A DNA stretch of 64,000 nucleotides. Origin: a virus. Shown in pieces: positions 14,809-24,438 of this stretch; position 1 is the first letter of the stretch; each line of letters begins with the position of its first letter. The notes beneath the pieces were generated by a model. The model was not told the DNA's origin. It saw only the letters and a list, made by a program, of their open reading frames with translations, and made no database searches. Where the stretch lies: the IMG/VR virus record IMGVR_UViG_3300037189_015081, positions 32,001 to 96,000 of that record, one strand, 5' to 3'. The translations under genes were made by a program, and so were the position numbers.

Positions 14809-15537
14809 ATGGCGCTCAACTTCCCATCCTCACCGACTAATGGGCAGACATACAAACAGTGGACATGGTCCTCTTCACTAAACGCGTGGAGAATCAACAA
14901 TAGTCTACCGTCATTCGTCGTATCCTCAACAGCACCCGTATCACCCGTCAATGGTACGCAATGGTTCGACACGAGTGACGGTTCCGTGTACACGTACTAC
15001 AATGACGGCGACAGCAGCCAGTGGGTTGAGGGTATCTCATCGACAACCCTTGACCTGACCACAACACTCGCCGCGCTACAAACCCAGGCAACCTCGTACA
15101 CGAACAGTCTCGCCAGGCTCGGCTCCTGGGGAGCCAAGTCCGGACCAACCGCGTACAACACCGCGTATAAATACACCTGGAGTTACGGTGTACACAGCGG
15201 TACCGGGATTGACGCGACAACGTACTCTGATGGTATTATGATTACTGAAACCGGTATCTATGAGGTAGCCACCGCGCAACGATCCAATGGAAACGGTAAC
15301 GGCGCGATCTGTCTCGCCGTTGACGGGAGCCGATACACCATTGACGGTTCAGGGCGAGGTATCTGGTCACATGACCATTCCACGAACAATGGTAGCTGGG
15401 CTAAATCATACTTCATCGGTAACCTGAACGCCGGGGAAAAAATCACCGCGGGTGTACCAGACACGACCTACGCTGGATGGATGACCTTTGGTTCAAACGG
15501 ATACAACGGGTACCTTTCAGTTAAGAGGCTTGGATAA
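14809..15537 (+). CDS. Fibre/receptor-binding paralog 1 of 3 (242 aa)
   Basis: MALNFPSSPTNGQ start; GIDA..Y..GI.I.E.G.YEV; WSHDHS; GYLSV.RL end. Confidence 0.7.
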   Translation: MALNFPSSPTNGQTYKQWTWSSSLNAWRINNSLPSFVVSSTAPVSPVNGTQWFDTSDGSVYTYYNDGDSSQWVEGISSTTLDLTTTLAALQTQATSYTNSLARLGSWGAKSGPTAYNTAYKYTWSYGVHSGTGIDATTYSDGIMITETGIYEVATAQRSNGNGNGAICLAVDGSRYTIDGSGRGIWSHDHSTNNGSWAKSYFIGNLNAGEKITAGVPDTTYAGWMTFGSNGYNGYLSVKRLG

Positions 15538-16265
15538 TGGCGCTAAACTTTCCTTCCTCACCAACGGACGGGCAAATCTACCAGGGTTGGAAATGGTCCA
15601 CGGCTTTAGGTGCCTGGAAATCCACGTACTCCTCTGACATCATGGTAGTTTCCGCTACCGCGCCAGTCTCACCAGTTGACGGTACGCAATGGTTTGACAC
15701 CAGTGATGGTTCAACGTACCTTTACTATAAAAACGGTACAAACCGCCAGTGGGTAGAGCTAATGGCGCAGGCTGGTACACCGATAAACACTTCCGCTGTT
15801 AACGCGCTAACCCCGCAGTTTGCCGCGAACAACTATTCACTGAACAAGACAGGTAGCTGGGGAGTGAAATCAGCTCCGTCATACTTTGCTTCAGCGTACT
15901 TGAACAGATGGAACTATGGCAGACATGGCGGGCGTGGAATCGACGCTCTTACCTATGATTACGGCATCTACATTCAAGAAGACGGGTATTACGAGGTTAG
16001 GGGTGCGCAAAGATGCGGCTCTACCACCAACCCGTATTTCGGGGTCACGGTCGGTGGAAACCGAACTACTCTTGAAGGTAGGACTGCGGGAATCTGGTCC
16101 CACAGTCACTCAAACACCCTGTACACGTGGACCGAATCATACTACATTGGTCCACTCTACGCAGGTGAAATAGTCACTGGAGGGGCACCAGACTCTGGAA
16201 CCGCGGCAAGTCTTATGTTTGGTTCCGGTTGGGCAGGGTACCTTTCCGTTGAGAGGTTACGCTAA
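15537..16265 (+). CDS. Fibre/receptor-binding paralog 2 of 3 (242 aa)
   Basis: Same motifs as 14809-15537; TAATG coupling. Confidence 0.7.
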   Translation: MALNFPSSPTDGQIYQGWKWSTALGAWKSTYSSDIMVVSATAPVSPVDGTQWFDTSDGSTYLYYKNGTNRQWVELMAQAGTPINTSAVNALTPQFAANNYSLNKTGSWGVKSAPSYFASAYLNRWNYGRHGGRGIDALTYDYGIYIQEDGYYEVRGAQRCGSTTNPYFGVTVGGNRTTLEGRTAGIWSHSHSNTLYTWTESYYIGPLYAGEIVTGGAPDSGTAASLMFGSGWAGYLSVERLR

Positions 16266-16996
16266 TGGGTTATAATTTTCCTGCAAGCCCTTCCAATGGT
16301 CAAGTATACGGTCGCTGGAAATGGTCCGCTGAGAAACAGGTATGGCGCGAAAACGCTGTCCCCTTTGTTTCCGCGATATATGAACAGGCAACCGCTCCAA
16401 CAAACCCGCGTCAAGGTGATTTATGGGTAAACACGAACACGGGAACAACCTACGTGTTTTACGATGACGGCACAAGTCGCCAATGGGTTGAGCGACAGGT
16501 TTCCGATCAGGCTATCCCTGCCAAGGACGGGGTCACCTTGCTAACCTCGGAATCAACGAACGTGTCCAGTCTACTCGCCCGTGAATACGCCTGGGGAGGA
16601 AAAAGTGGTCCGTCAAGTTGGTCGTCTGCTTACATCAATATCTGGAATTTTGGAAAACACAGCGGAACAGGTATTGACGCAACAACCTACACGGACGGTG
16701 TCATGATTACCGAAAGCGGAGTGTACGAGGTTAGAACCGGGCAGCGGGCAAGCGGTACTGGAAATGACTACGTCGGTATCGGTGTTGCAGGAAACCGAGC
16801 CACACTGGAAGGTCGCCTTGAAGGCATGTGGTCCCACGACCACTCATCTAACACATCAACCTGGACACAGTCATACTATATTGGTCCACTCTACGCTGGT
16901 GAAAAAATAACCTCAGGGTCCCCCGGTTCAGGAGCGGCACTAGTGTACGGGACAGACAACGCGTACGGATACCTTTCAGTTAGGCGACTCAAATAA
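16265..16996 (+). CDS. Fibre/receptor-binding paralog 3 of 3 (243 aa)
   Basis: Same motifs; TAATG coupling. Confidence 0.7.
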   Translation: MGYNFPASPSNGQVYGRWKWSAEKQVWRENAVPFVSAIYEQATAPTNPRQGDLWVNTNTGTTYVFYDDGTSRQWVERQVSDQAIPAKDGVTLLTSESTNVSSLLAREYAWGGKSGPSSWSSAYINIWNFGKHSGTGIDATTYTDGVMITESGVYEVRTGQRASGTGNDYVGIGVAGNRATLEGRLEGMWSHDHSSNTSTWTQSYYIGPLYAGEKITSGSPGSGAALVYGTDNAYGYLSVRRLK

Positions 16997-18546
16997 TGGC
17001 AACCTATACACTGCGACCAGCGTCTATCGCCAGCATTAACGTCCCTGCTCCAGACTTTACAACGACCGCGGCGACATACTCAACCACGGCCCAGCTACTG
17101 TCCGTTCTAAGCGACAACAATGACTCGACCTACGCATGGGTAACGGACACCGGTAACGGTGGTTCAGTAGCAGACTTCACGTTCCAGTTATCTACACCAA
17201 CAATCCCGAGCGACGAGTTTATCGTTCGCTGCGCCACGGACATGCGCTGGTTGCAGAACAACACTGGTTCCGGCAACCGAGTCAACGGTGAAACTCTTGC
17301 GCCCGGAGACACCTGGTCCGGATACGATGGGCCGCACATTGATGTTCCTAACTCTACTACGGTACCGCTCGGTACGAGTACACTAGTAACACGATCCGTT
17401 ACGTGGTCACGCTCCGTCGCGTCCAGTCTCCAATACCGATGGTACGGCGGCCGCACTGAACAGGACAGCGGTTACGCAAAGATCGTCGACCTCTCCACCC
17501 GAGTTCTAACCATAAAAAACGCCACGGCGACACCGGCAAACACCACGATGGGTTCCGGAAACTATGGTTACATTCCAGTAAGCATCGCGGCAACCATTGA
17601 CTGGGAAGCCTCCGCGAGTGAGAGCACAAAACTCCGCACGGTAACCGTAGAACTACGCGTCGAATCCGGCGGCAGCTCCGCGTACGGTGGCACCCTTATC
17701 ACCTCGACAACCTATGACACCGTTTTCACGTCAACGTCAACGTTCACCCCGAGTATCCCTTTACCCGGTTCCCTGGCAAACGGCACATACAAGGTGTACG
17801 CGCGTGCCACACGATACCGTGAAGGGCAAACATTCTCACAGGCTCAAGGATACTCGGAGCAGATCGGTGCATGGGCATCAGCGTCCCTGACCGTAAATGT
17901 TCCCGCACCGGACGCTGTCCTGACATTTCCATCCAGCCCGACAAATGGTCAAGTGTACAGCAACTGGACATATAACTCGTCCAAGTCCGTGTGGGAGGTA
18001 ACCCCTACCCCGGTAACCTCCATGGTGTTCACTGGTACCATTATGCAGTACGCGCTCCCGATCGCACCGCCGGGATGGTTACTGTGTAACGGGCAATCAA
18101 CCTCGGGTTACACTGCCTTGGCAGCAATTGTTGGCGGGACCGTTCCAGACCTGCGCGGACGTGTAATCGTTGGTCAAAACAGTGGAACATTCTCTACCCT
18201 GCTAGCAACTGGTGGTGAGGAGCAACACCTGCTCACCGCGGCGGAGTCCGGGCTTGTTGACCATAACCACGGCGGAGGAACGGGGTCGATGGATAGGAAC
18301 AACACCCACACACACGACGCGACGCACTGGCACGCGCTAGGTGGTACTAACCGAACCTTTGCCTCAAAGGCAGCTGGAAACTACCTGTACGGTGCCCAAA
18401 CAACCACCAGCACGGACAGCGGAACAGCTTCCCAAGGCGCAGACGTCGACCACGGGCACTCAATCCCGTCATCAGGAGCAGACGCGCTGGTGGCGCACAA
18501 CAATCTTCAACCTTACATTGTTTTGAACTACATCATTAAGACGTGA
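16996..18546 (+). CDS. Tail-collar domain fibre with extra N-terminal domain
   Basis: Internal FPSSPTNGQ; PPGWLLCNG...PDLRGRV; HxH motifs; AHNNLQPYIVLNYIIK end. Confidence 0.8.
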   Translation: MATYTLRPASIASINVPAPDFTTTAATYSTTAQLLSVLSDNNDSTYAWVTDTGNGGSVADFTFQLSTPTIPSDEFIVRCATDMRWLQNNTGSGNRVNGETLAPGDTWSGYDGPHIDVPNSTTVPLGTSTLVTRSVTWSRSVASSLQYRWYGGRTEQDSGYAKIVDLSTRVLTIKNATATPANTTMGSGNYGYIPVSIAATIDWEASASESTKLRTVTVELRVESGGSSAYGGTLITSTTYDTVFTSTSTFTPSIPLPGSLANGTYKVYARATRYREGQTFSQAQGYSEQIGAWASASLTVNVPAPDAVLTFPSSPTNGQVYSNWTYNSSKSVWEVTPTPVTSMVFTGTIMQYALPIAPPGWLLCNGQSTSGYTALAAIVGGTVPDLRGRVIVGQNSGTFSTLLATGGEEQHLLTAAESGLVDHNHGGGTGSMDRNNTHTHDATHWHALGGTNRTFASKAAGNYLYGAQTTTSTDSGTASQGADVDHGHSIPSSGADALVAHNNLQPYIVLNYIIKT

Positions 18547-18551
18547 TATAA

Positions 18552-19262
18552 ATGGCACTCGATTTTCCAAGCAACCCAACCGATGGGCAAACCTACAATG
18601 GTTGGGCATACTCCTCGTCACGCGGCGCGTGGGAGGTTGCGCCATCATACGCCTTTGTACCCGTAGCAGCAATCATGCCATACCGGGGTTCCAGTGCGCC
18701 GACAGGCTGGTTGTTCTGTGATGGTTCGACGATCGACATAACAAACACCGCGTACACCGCGCTTGCGTCGCTTCTTGGTGACATGTACGGAACACACTCT
18801 GGTAACAATTATTATCTTCCAAACATGCAAGGAAGAGTACCCGTGGCAAAGGCCGGGTATGGAACATTCGATGTTCTCGGTGCTAAAGGCGGGGAAGAAA
18901 CACACCTGCTCAACTACACTCGGTGCGGGCTGCAGAGCCACTCTCACAGTACAGGCGGCATGATCCAGTACAACACTGACTGGAGTGGCGGGAGCCACTA
19001 CCACACCCTCAGCACCCACAACCACAGCAACGGTGTCTATGACAGAGGCGCGTACGTCATCGTTACAGGTGGAACAAACTTCAGCTACAACAACGGTGGT
19101 TTGACCGATCTACAAGCAACAAGCAACCCTGGTAGCGTGTCAGGTAACAACTCGGACATGACCCATCACCACAGCATTGGTGCTCAATCACAGGAATACG
19201 CGTCCAGTGCACACAACAACCTTCAACCGTACGTTGTGCTGAACTACATCATTAAGTATTAG
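18552..19262 (+). CDS. Tail-collar domain short fibre
   Basis: PTGWLFCDG, PNMQGRVPV, HxH motifs, AHNNLQPYVVLNYIIKY. Confidence 0.85.
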   Translation: MALDFPSNPTDGQTYNGWAYSSSRGAWEVAPSYAFVPVAAIMPYRGSSAPTGWLFCDGSTIDITNTAYTALASLLGDMYGTHSGNNYYLPNMQGRVPVAKAGYGTFDVLGAKGGEETHLLNYTRCGLQSHSHSTGGMIQYNTDWSGGSHYHTLSTHNHSNGVYDRGAYVIVTGGTNFSYNNGGLTDLQATSNPGSVSGNNSDMTHHHSIGAQSQEYASSAHNNLQPYVVLNYIIKY

Positions 19263-19271
19263 GATTAAACA

Positions 19272-19898
19272 GTGGCGCTAGACTTTCCTTTAAACCCCAC
19301 CAACGGGCAAACATACAATGGTTGGTCATACAACTCTTCAAAGTCAGTGTGGGAGGTAATCACCACAACGCAACCGAGTATCCCTGTTGGCTCAATCGCC
19401 ATGTGGGCAACAGCTACTCCCCCCAGCGGATGGCTACTCTGCAACGGACAGAGTACCTCCGCGTACCCTGTTTTAGCGGCCATTGTCGGGCAAAACGTTC
19501 CTGACCTTACAGGGCGTGTCCCTGTAGGAAAAGCATCAAGTGGCACCTTTGCAACACTAGGAGCAACTGGTGGGGAGGAAACACACGCGCTCACCCCATC
19601 GGAATCCGCTATGCCCAGCCACAGCCATGGCGGAAACACGTATGACGGTGGAAACGTCACCCACTCCCACACCTTTAACCACAGACACCTCCAGGGGCAA
19701 GGTGGTAACCGCACTGCGACGGGCGGTACTGGTTCGAGCAACTGGTCGTACGGAAGCAACACTGGAACAGCCGCTGCTTCACTTACCGCGGCAGACACAA
19801 ACCACTATCACACGATCAATGGCAGTGGCTCCGCGAACGGGGCAGCTCACAACAATCTTCAACCCTACATCGTGCTAAACTACATCATTAAATACTAA
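19272..19898 (+). CDS. Tail-collar domain short fibre
   Basis: PSGWLLCNG, PDLTGRVPVG, MPSHSH, AHNNLQPYIVLNYIIKY. Confidence 0.85.
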   Translation: MALDFPLNPTNGQTYNGWSYNSSKSVWEVITTTQPSIPVGSIAMWATATPPSGWLLCNGQSTSAYPVLAAIVGQNVPDLTGRVPVGKASSGTFATLGATGGEETHALTPSESAMPSHSHGGNTYDGGNVTHSHTFNHRHLQGQGGNRTATGGTGSSNWSYGSNTGTAAASLTAADTNHYHTINGSGSANGAAHNNLQPYIVLNYIIKY

Positions 19899-19911
19899 GG
19901 AGAAAAACAAA

Positions 19912-20124
19912 ATGGCAAAGCGACCAACAAATGAAGTTGCGCAGTTTATTGAAAAAACACGCAACCATGACGCCCAGCGACTGGTACTAATCGCTGAGTA
20001 CCAGAAACAAATCGACGCGAATGAGACTCTCATCGCGCAAATGGAACCACTGGCTACCTGGGAAGAAGACCCGGAGTACCCTGACTACATGAACGCGGAG
20101 CAGACAGCCCCGCCGCTCCCCTAG
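19912..20124 (+). CDS. Hypothetical coiled-coil protein
   Basis: AAGGAG RBS. Confidence 0.6.
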   Translation: MAKRPTNEVAQFIEKTRNHDAQRLVLIAEYQKQIDANETLIAQMEPLATWEEDPEYPDYMNAEQTAPPLP

Positions 20125-20243
20125 CGTATTCTGCCACGGTGATCCTGCCTTGCAGGGTTACATTCTCTGTAGTAAAAGCCGAGTGTACAAAATCACCACT
20201 CCAGTAACACGCTATAATTTTACTACCAAGAGATAGGAAAAAC

Positions 20244-21485
20244 ATGGCAGACAACTGGGGCGGCTACAAAAACGGCGACATCCCAAAAAGTGCACTGTAC
20301 CCTGTACAAGGCGTACACTACTTTAAACCAGAGGTAGGGCACGCGCTCGTTGCCGCGCTCACCGAGTGTGAAGCAAAAGGCATCAAGGTTCACATCAATG
20401 AGGGCTACCGTCCCCTCGGCGTACCCGCTGACGCCAAGGTAAAATCAAACGGCAACGGTGACCCTGCGGGTAAAACGTCCACTGGTGGCTCAAACCAGTG
20501 GTTCCAGTACGGTCGCATGCAGCGCGGTGAAACACCAACCGCTGCCTACCCGGGTGGATCAATCCACGGTTGGGGCAAGGCTGCGGACGTCTCTCCTGGT
20601 CGCAGCAACCCGACAGTGAACGCGATCTTCAATAAGCACGGGTTTACCTTTGACATTGGTTCAGAGTCTTGGCACGCGCACTACGTCGGTGGACAGGCCA
20701 GTTCGGTAAGTGACGGAAGCTCCGCTGGCGCCAGCAACCCTGACGAAAAGTCCGTCCAGCAGAGCCTGCAGAAGCTTGGACTCTACAGCGGTCCTATCGA
20801 CGGTATCTTTGGTCCTAACTCGTGGAAGGGTGTACAGACGTTCCTTACACAGCAGAAGGTCAAGATCGACCACATCGACGGTGTTCCCGACGCTGAGACC
20901 AACCGCGGTCTGCAGACGTACGCCAAGAAAGGTGGTTACACTGGTCCCGTTGACGGTATCCTTGGACCAAAGTCCTGGGCTGGTTTTGCTGCCGCGTTGA
21001 AGAAGGCACCTGCACCTGCACCTGCTGCCGCTGCACCAGCCGCAACTCCTGCGCCAGCTGCAACGCCAGTTGCTGACGCAGCAGCGCCTGCCCCGGTCGC
21101 CACACCAGTCGCTGACGCACCAGCAAAAACCGATGCGCCAGCAGCCGTGCCAGTCGCAAAAAAGACAGCGCCTAAAAAACCAGCACCAGCACCCGTACCC
21201 GTATCCAAAGAAATCCTTGAAGAACAGGAGAAGGAAATCGCTACTCTAAACGAACAACCACAGAACCAGAACCTTGGCGCGATCCTTCCAAACCCGGAAA
21301 GCCGTCGCATCGCATACGCCGTTTACACTGGCGCGTCGGTACTCGTAACCAACGTCGCCATTGGCTACTCCGCTCTGCACGCAGAGTTCCCGGGTTGGTT
21401 GACCGTCGCCATCGCGGTAATTGGTAACCTGGCAGTGCCATTCGGTGCACTCGCCATCGCGAACTCTTCACCCAAAAAGAAGTAA
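20244..21485 (+). CDS. Endolysin (M15/VanY-like Zn peptidase plus PG-binding repeats) with C-terminal holin-like two-TM domain
   Basis: EGYR, AAYPGGSIHGWGKAADV (SxH..D) and ESWH motifs; GPIDGIFGP and GPVDGILGP repeats; Ala/Pro linker; two hydrophobic helices at the end. Confidence 0.85.
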   Translation: MADNWGGYKNGDIPKSALYPVQGVHYFKPEVGHALVAALTECEAKGIKVHINEGYRPLGVPADAKVKSNGNGDPAGKTSTGGSNQWFQYGRMQRGETPTAAYPGGSIHGWGKAADVSPGRSNPTVNAIFNKHGFTFDIGSESWHAHYVGGQASSVSDGSSAGASNPDEKSVQQSLQKLGLYSGPIDGIFGPNSWKGVQTFLTQQKVKIDHIDGVPDAETNRGLQTYAKKGGYTGPVDGILGPKSWAGFAAALKKAPAPAPAAAAPAATPAPAATPVADAAAPAPVATPVADAPAKTDAPAAVPVAKKTAPKKPAPAPVPVSKEILEEQEKEIATLNEQPQNQNLGAILPNPESRRIAYAVYTGASVLVTNVAIGYSALHAEFPGWLTVAIAVIGNLAVPFGALAIANSSPKKK

Positions 21486-21500
21486 CCACGCGAACAAATG

Positions 21501-21540
21501 AAGAAACCTCCCTGGTGAAAACCGGGGAGGTTCTTCTTTT
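21501..21540 (+). terminator. Intrinsic terminator between convergent genes
   Basis: AACCTCCCTGGT-GAAA-ACCGGGGAGGTT followed by CTTCTTTT. Confidence 0.8.
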
Positions 21541-21551
21541 ACGCGAGGAAA

Positions 21552-21686
21552 CTAAACCTGCTTAGTTACAAGGCGACCCTTAGCGTGATCAAAAACCTTT
21601 GGGCGCTTCTTATACGCCTTGTGGTTGTTACGATCCGTGGTCTCCTTTGCGACAGGCTTACCGCCGCCACCCTTACCTTTAGCCAT
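21552..21686 (-). CDS. 44-aa Lys-rich micro-protein (MAKGKGGGGKPVAK...)
   Basis: Leaderless TAGGAT-N6-ATG start. Not in the ORF track. Confidence 0.6.
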   Translation of the reverse strand: MAKGKGGGGKPVAKETTDRNNHKAYKKRPKVFDHAKGRLVTKQV

Positions 21687-21703
21687 GAGTAGATCCTATC
21701 CGG

Positions 21704-22516
21704 TTAGTTTAAAACAATTGCCTTGGCAAACACGACACGTGACGCCATTTTTGACGCGCTAATAATCGCCAATGGTGCAGCAACACTTAGCATGGTACCG
21801 GCCCAGAGACGAGGTTCAGCCCAGTCAAAGTTCCAGTAGTTCAAGGTGTGGAACGCGTTGGCAACAACCGCTACCACGCCAAAGGCAAACATGCCAAGGA
21901 CCGCACCAAAGGTTTTCTCCTTGCGACCATTATCGTCAACACGTGACGCTAAAACAAGGTACGCGATAAGGAACAACAGGTACATCAACTCGATGAAGAA
22001 AAAGAACAACCCGCCCATCCAGGCTTGCGACAAGCCAACAAACTGGGCAACCGCGGTAATCCCGTTATATGAAACAATCGCCGATGAAACAAAGGCAAGT
22101 GAAATACCAGCAATCCATAACCAGAGAACAAGGCGCTGATCAATCTGCACCTTTGGTGCGCGACGCTCCTCCTGGTGTTGGTAACGACGCAACCTTTGCA
22201 AACGTGCCTCGTCACGAAGAAGATCGTGCTCCAATCGCGCGGGTTCATCAACACTGGTAGACGCAGACGGCGCCTGTACAGGGACCGGGATAGGAACCGT
22301 CACGGCGGCAGGTTCATACTCTGGAACCTGTTCCGTTGCGTCAGGTAACACGTCAACAAGCGGCACACGCTCCAGCGTCGCGATCTCATCAAGTGTTAGC
22401 ACAGGGACATCGGAAACCACCTGTGCCGGGAATGAGGCAGGTGGCGGGGCCGGGGCTGGTTCCGGTACCTGTGCTTGAGGGTCAAACCCAAAAGGGTCAA
22501 TTTGTCTTGCGTCCAT
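21704..22516 (-). CDS. Four-TM membrane protein (DUF2637-like) with Pro-rich N-terminus
   Basis: AFVSSAIVSY...IEL...VVANAFH...AAPL pattern; TATAAT-N7-ATG start. Confidence 0.65.
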   Translation of the reverse strand: MDARQIDPFGFDPQAQVPEPAPAPPPASFPAQVVSDVPVLTLDEIATLERVPLVDVLPDATEQVPEYEPAAVTVPIPVPVQAPSASTSVDEPARLEHDLLRDEARLQRLRRYQHQEERRAPKVQIDQRLVLWLWIAGISLAFVSSAIVSYNGITAVAQFVGLSQAWMGGLFFFFIELMYLLFLIAYLVLASRVDDNGRKEKTFGAVLGMFAFGVVAVVANAFHTLNYWNFDWAEPRLWAGTMLSVAAPLAIISASKMASRVVFAKAIVLN

Positions 22517-22575
22517 AGGTTTGATTATACCCTAAAACAGGATTAATGGATCACCAACTGTTATACAATCATTCC

Positions 22576-22764
22576 ATGGCGATAAGCAAAAACGACCTGA
22601 TCGAACACCTTGTAGAGGTGTTACTTGTCGACCATGGATACGACGATGACAATGAACTCGAATGGGACCCTGAGGACCCTGAAAGCCAGTATTCCATTAT
22701 CCGCGACGACGTGGAACTAATCATCGAGGTCCTTGAAAACATCGGGTTACTCAGCGAAAACTAG
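22576..22764 (+). CDS. Acidic hypothetical protein
   Basis: Leaderless TACAAT-N6-ATG start. Confidence 0.65.
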   Translation: MAISKNDLIEHLVEVLLVDHGYDDDNELEWDPEDPESQYSIIRDDVELIIEVLENIGLLSEN

Positions 22765-22988
22765 CGCTTAAGCAGCTTATCCGTTTCATCGACAATGTCG
22801 TCAATCAACGGTAGCAATCGCGCACTATACCTTGACCAGTGGTGACCACAAAACATCAAGGGCAGTTGTAGCGTTGCAATACTCACCATTACATACGCCT
22901 GTGCCCCGCAGGAATCACAGCGATCCGAGGCGGTGAGAATCTCAAACGCCTGATCCGGGTTGGCATTAGGTAGGGTGTCAGTGTCCAT
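22761..22988 (-). CDS. Actinobacterial-type small Zn-binding protein
   Basis: LTASDRCDSCGAQAYV...LMFCGHH; TATGAT-N7-ATG start. Confidence 0.7.
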   Translation of the reverse strand: MDTDTLPNANPDQAFEILTASDRCDSCGAQAYVMVSIATLQLPLMFCGHHWSRYSARLLPLIDDIVDETDKLLKR

Positions 22989-23125
22989 TACAACAATCAT
23001 ACATAAAACAACCAATAGCGACTAGGCTAAACGCCAAAACTAGTGGCGCTCAGACACTCTCTAAGACACTTTCAACCCTGCGCCAGGGTAAATACATGCC
23101 GGAAAAACAGGCATATAGTCAATAT

Positions 23126-23362
23126 ATGAGCACCCTGGTCAAACCCGATGAAGCAGTAAACACTGACACTGGTGACCATGACAAGTTCGCCCACTACGCG
23201 GAACGCGGCGAGGTCGTGCGCGCCTATATCGAAGGCATCCCGATCATCGCACTCTGCGGAAAAATATGGGTACCATTCGGTGACCCGACCAAGTACCCGG
23301 TATGCCAGACGTGTAAGGAAATAATGGATGCGCTATTCATCGGTGAAGGACATGAACAGTGA
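23126..23362 (+). CDS. DUF3039-like protein
   Basis: GDHDKFAHY...ALCGKIWVP..DP.KYPVC..CKEI; TATAGT-N6-ATG start. Confidence 0.85.
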   Translation: MSTLVKPDEAVNTDTGDHDKFAHYAERGEVVRAYIEGIPIIALCGKIWVPFGDPTKYPVCQTCKEIMDALFIGEGHEQ

Positions 23363-23517
23363 TTAAATACGGTTACCAGTGCGAGCGACACCATATGATC
23401 TGGGAGGACGGTGAACACATCCCTGGAATGGAACTATCCTGCCCTAAATGTGGTGAACCAATGACACTGCTATACATGGTAAGTGAATACCAGCGGCAAG
23501 GTAAGGACAGGAACTAG
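23359..23517 (+). CDS. Small zinc-ribbon protein
   Basis: GTGA overlap with the upstream stop; YQC..H...CPKCGEPM. Confidence 0.55.
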   Translation: MIKYGYQCERHHMIWEDGEHIPGMELSCPKCGEPMTLLYMVSEYQRQGKDRN

Positions 23518-23795
23518 TCCTCGTCGTCATCCCATTCAATGCCGTCATCGTCATCATCGGAAGACACGGAAATACCCACGCCGCCTTCCATGAAAAAATA
23601 ACTGGTCAACCGTAAAGCCTGCTGCTCAGAAAAACCAGCCGACATGAACGTGATAAACAGTTCATGCATATAGAGCGCGTCCATTTGCAAGGACGTCAAT
23701 GAGCTGCTCGTGAGTTCCTCGAGACTCTCAGTTTCACTGATCTCGGGTTCTTCAAACTCTTCACTATCCAAAGAGAGCACCTCCTGCAGGTTCAC
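23514..23795 (-). CDS. Acidic hypothetical protein
   Basis: MHELFITFMSAGFSEQQAL motif; start uncertain. Confidence 0.6.
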   Translation of the reverse strand: MNLQEVLSLDSEEFEEPEISETESLEELTSSSLTSLQMDALYMHELFITFMSAGFSEQQALRLTSYFFMEGGVGISVSSDDDDDGIEWDDDED

Positions 23796-23905
23796 ATACA
23801 ACAATACCGTGGGTACAACCTGGTTGAGCTTGATGACGCGCGCCTTTTAAATAACATAAACCCGCGAGGTAAACACCTACACGGGTCTATATTAGTGCTT
23901 TGAGA

Positions 23906-24154
23906 CTAGTCCGAAACCTTACCCTCAGCGCGAAGTTTAGCCATGATCTGCTCACCGAGCGCAAGCATCTCCTGCGTAAACGCGTCACCGTCATCGATAC
24001 GCGAACGACGAACCGTGTGACCACCAGGCGCGTACCTGAGAGCGGTATCGCGGGAAACACCCAGATACTCCGCGATCCGGTCGTGCGACCAGCCATTCGC
24101 ACGCAATGAGCGCATCTCGCGAATCATTCTTTCGGTAACCTTTACATACTTCAA
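23906..24154 (-). CDS. HTH DNA-binding protein
   Basis: GWSHDRIAEYLGVSRDTALRY. Confidence 0.7.
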   Translation of the reverse strand: MKYVKVTERMIREMRSLRANGWSHDRIAEYLGVSRDTALRYAPGGHTVRRSRIDDGDAFTQEMLALGEQIMAKLRAEGKVSD

Positions 24155-24438
24155 AGTGAAGCCTCCTCGATACTTACGACCCTCGTGGTCCAGCGAAACG
24201 TTGTAATCTCTGGGTCAATCGCGATAGCACTCGACGATATACCCATAAGTTGATCAACGGAACAATCAATGGCGATGAAATCAAACCAGTCATGATCCCC
24301 GCGAAGAGTAGACGCGTCAACGGCTCCAGGGAACCGTATCGCCCGGTAACTGTCAAGGTCAATGATGTATGTGCTACTCATGGTTGTCACCTTGTACTTA
24401 CCAGTCAGGCGATCATTCAATGTCGTAATGTCACTCAC
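24151..24438 (-). CDS. Hypothetical protein
   Basis: Coupled 4-bp overlaps in a minus-strand operon. Confidence 0.6.
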   Translation of the reverse strand: MSDITTLNDRLTGKYKVTTMSSTYIIDLDSYRAIRFPGAVDASTLRGDHDWFDFIAIDCSVDQLMGISSSAIAIDPEITTFRWTTRVVSIEEASL

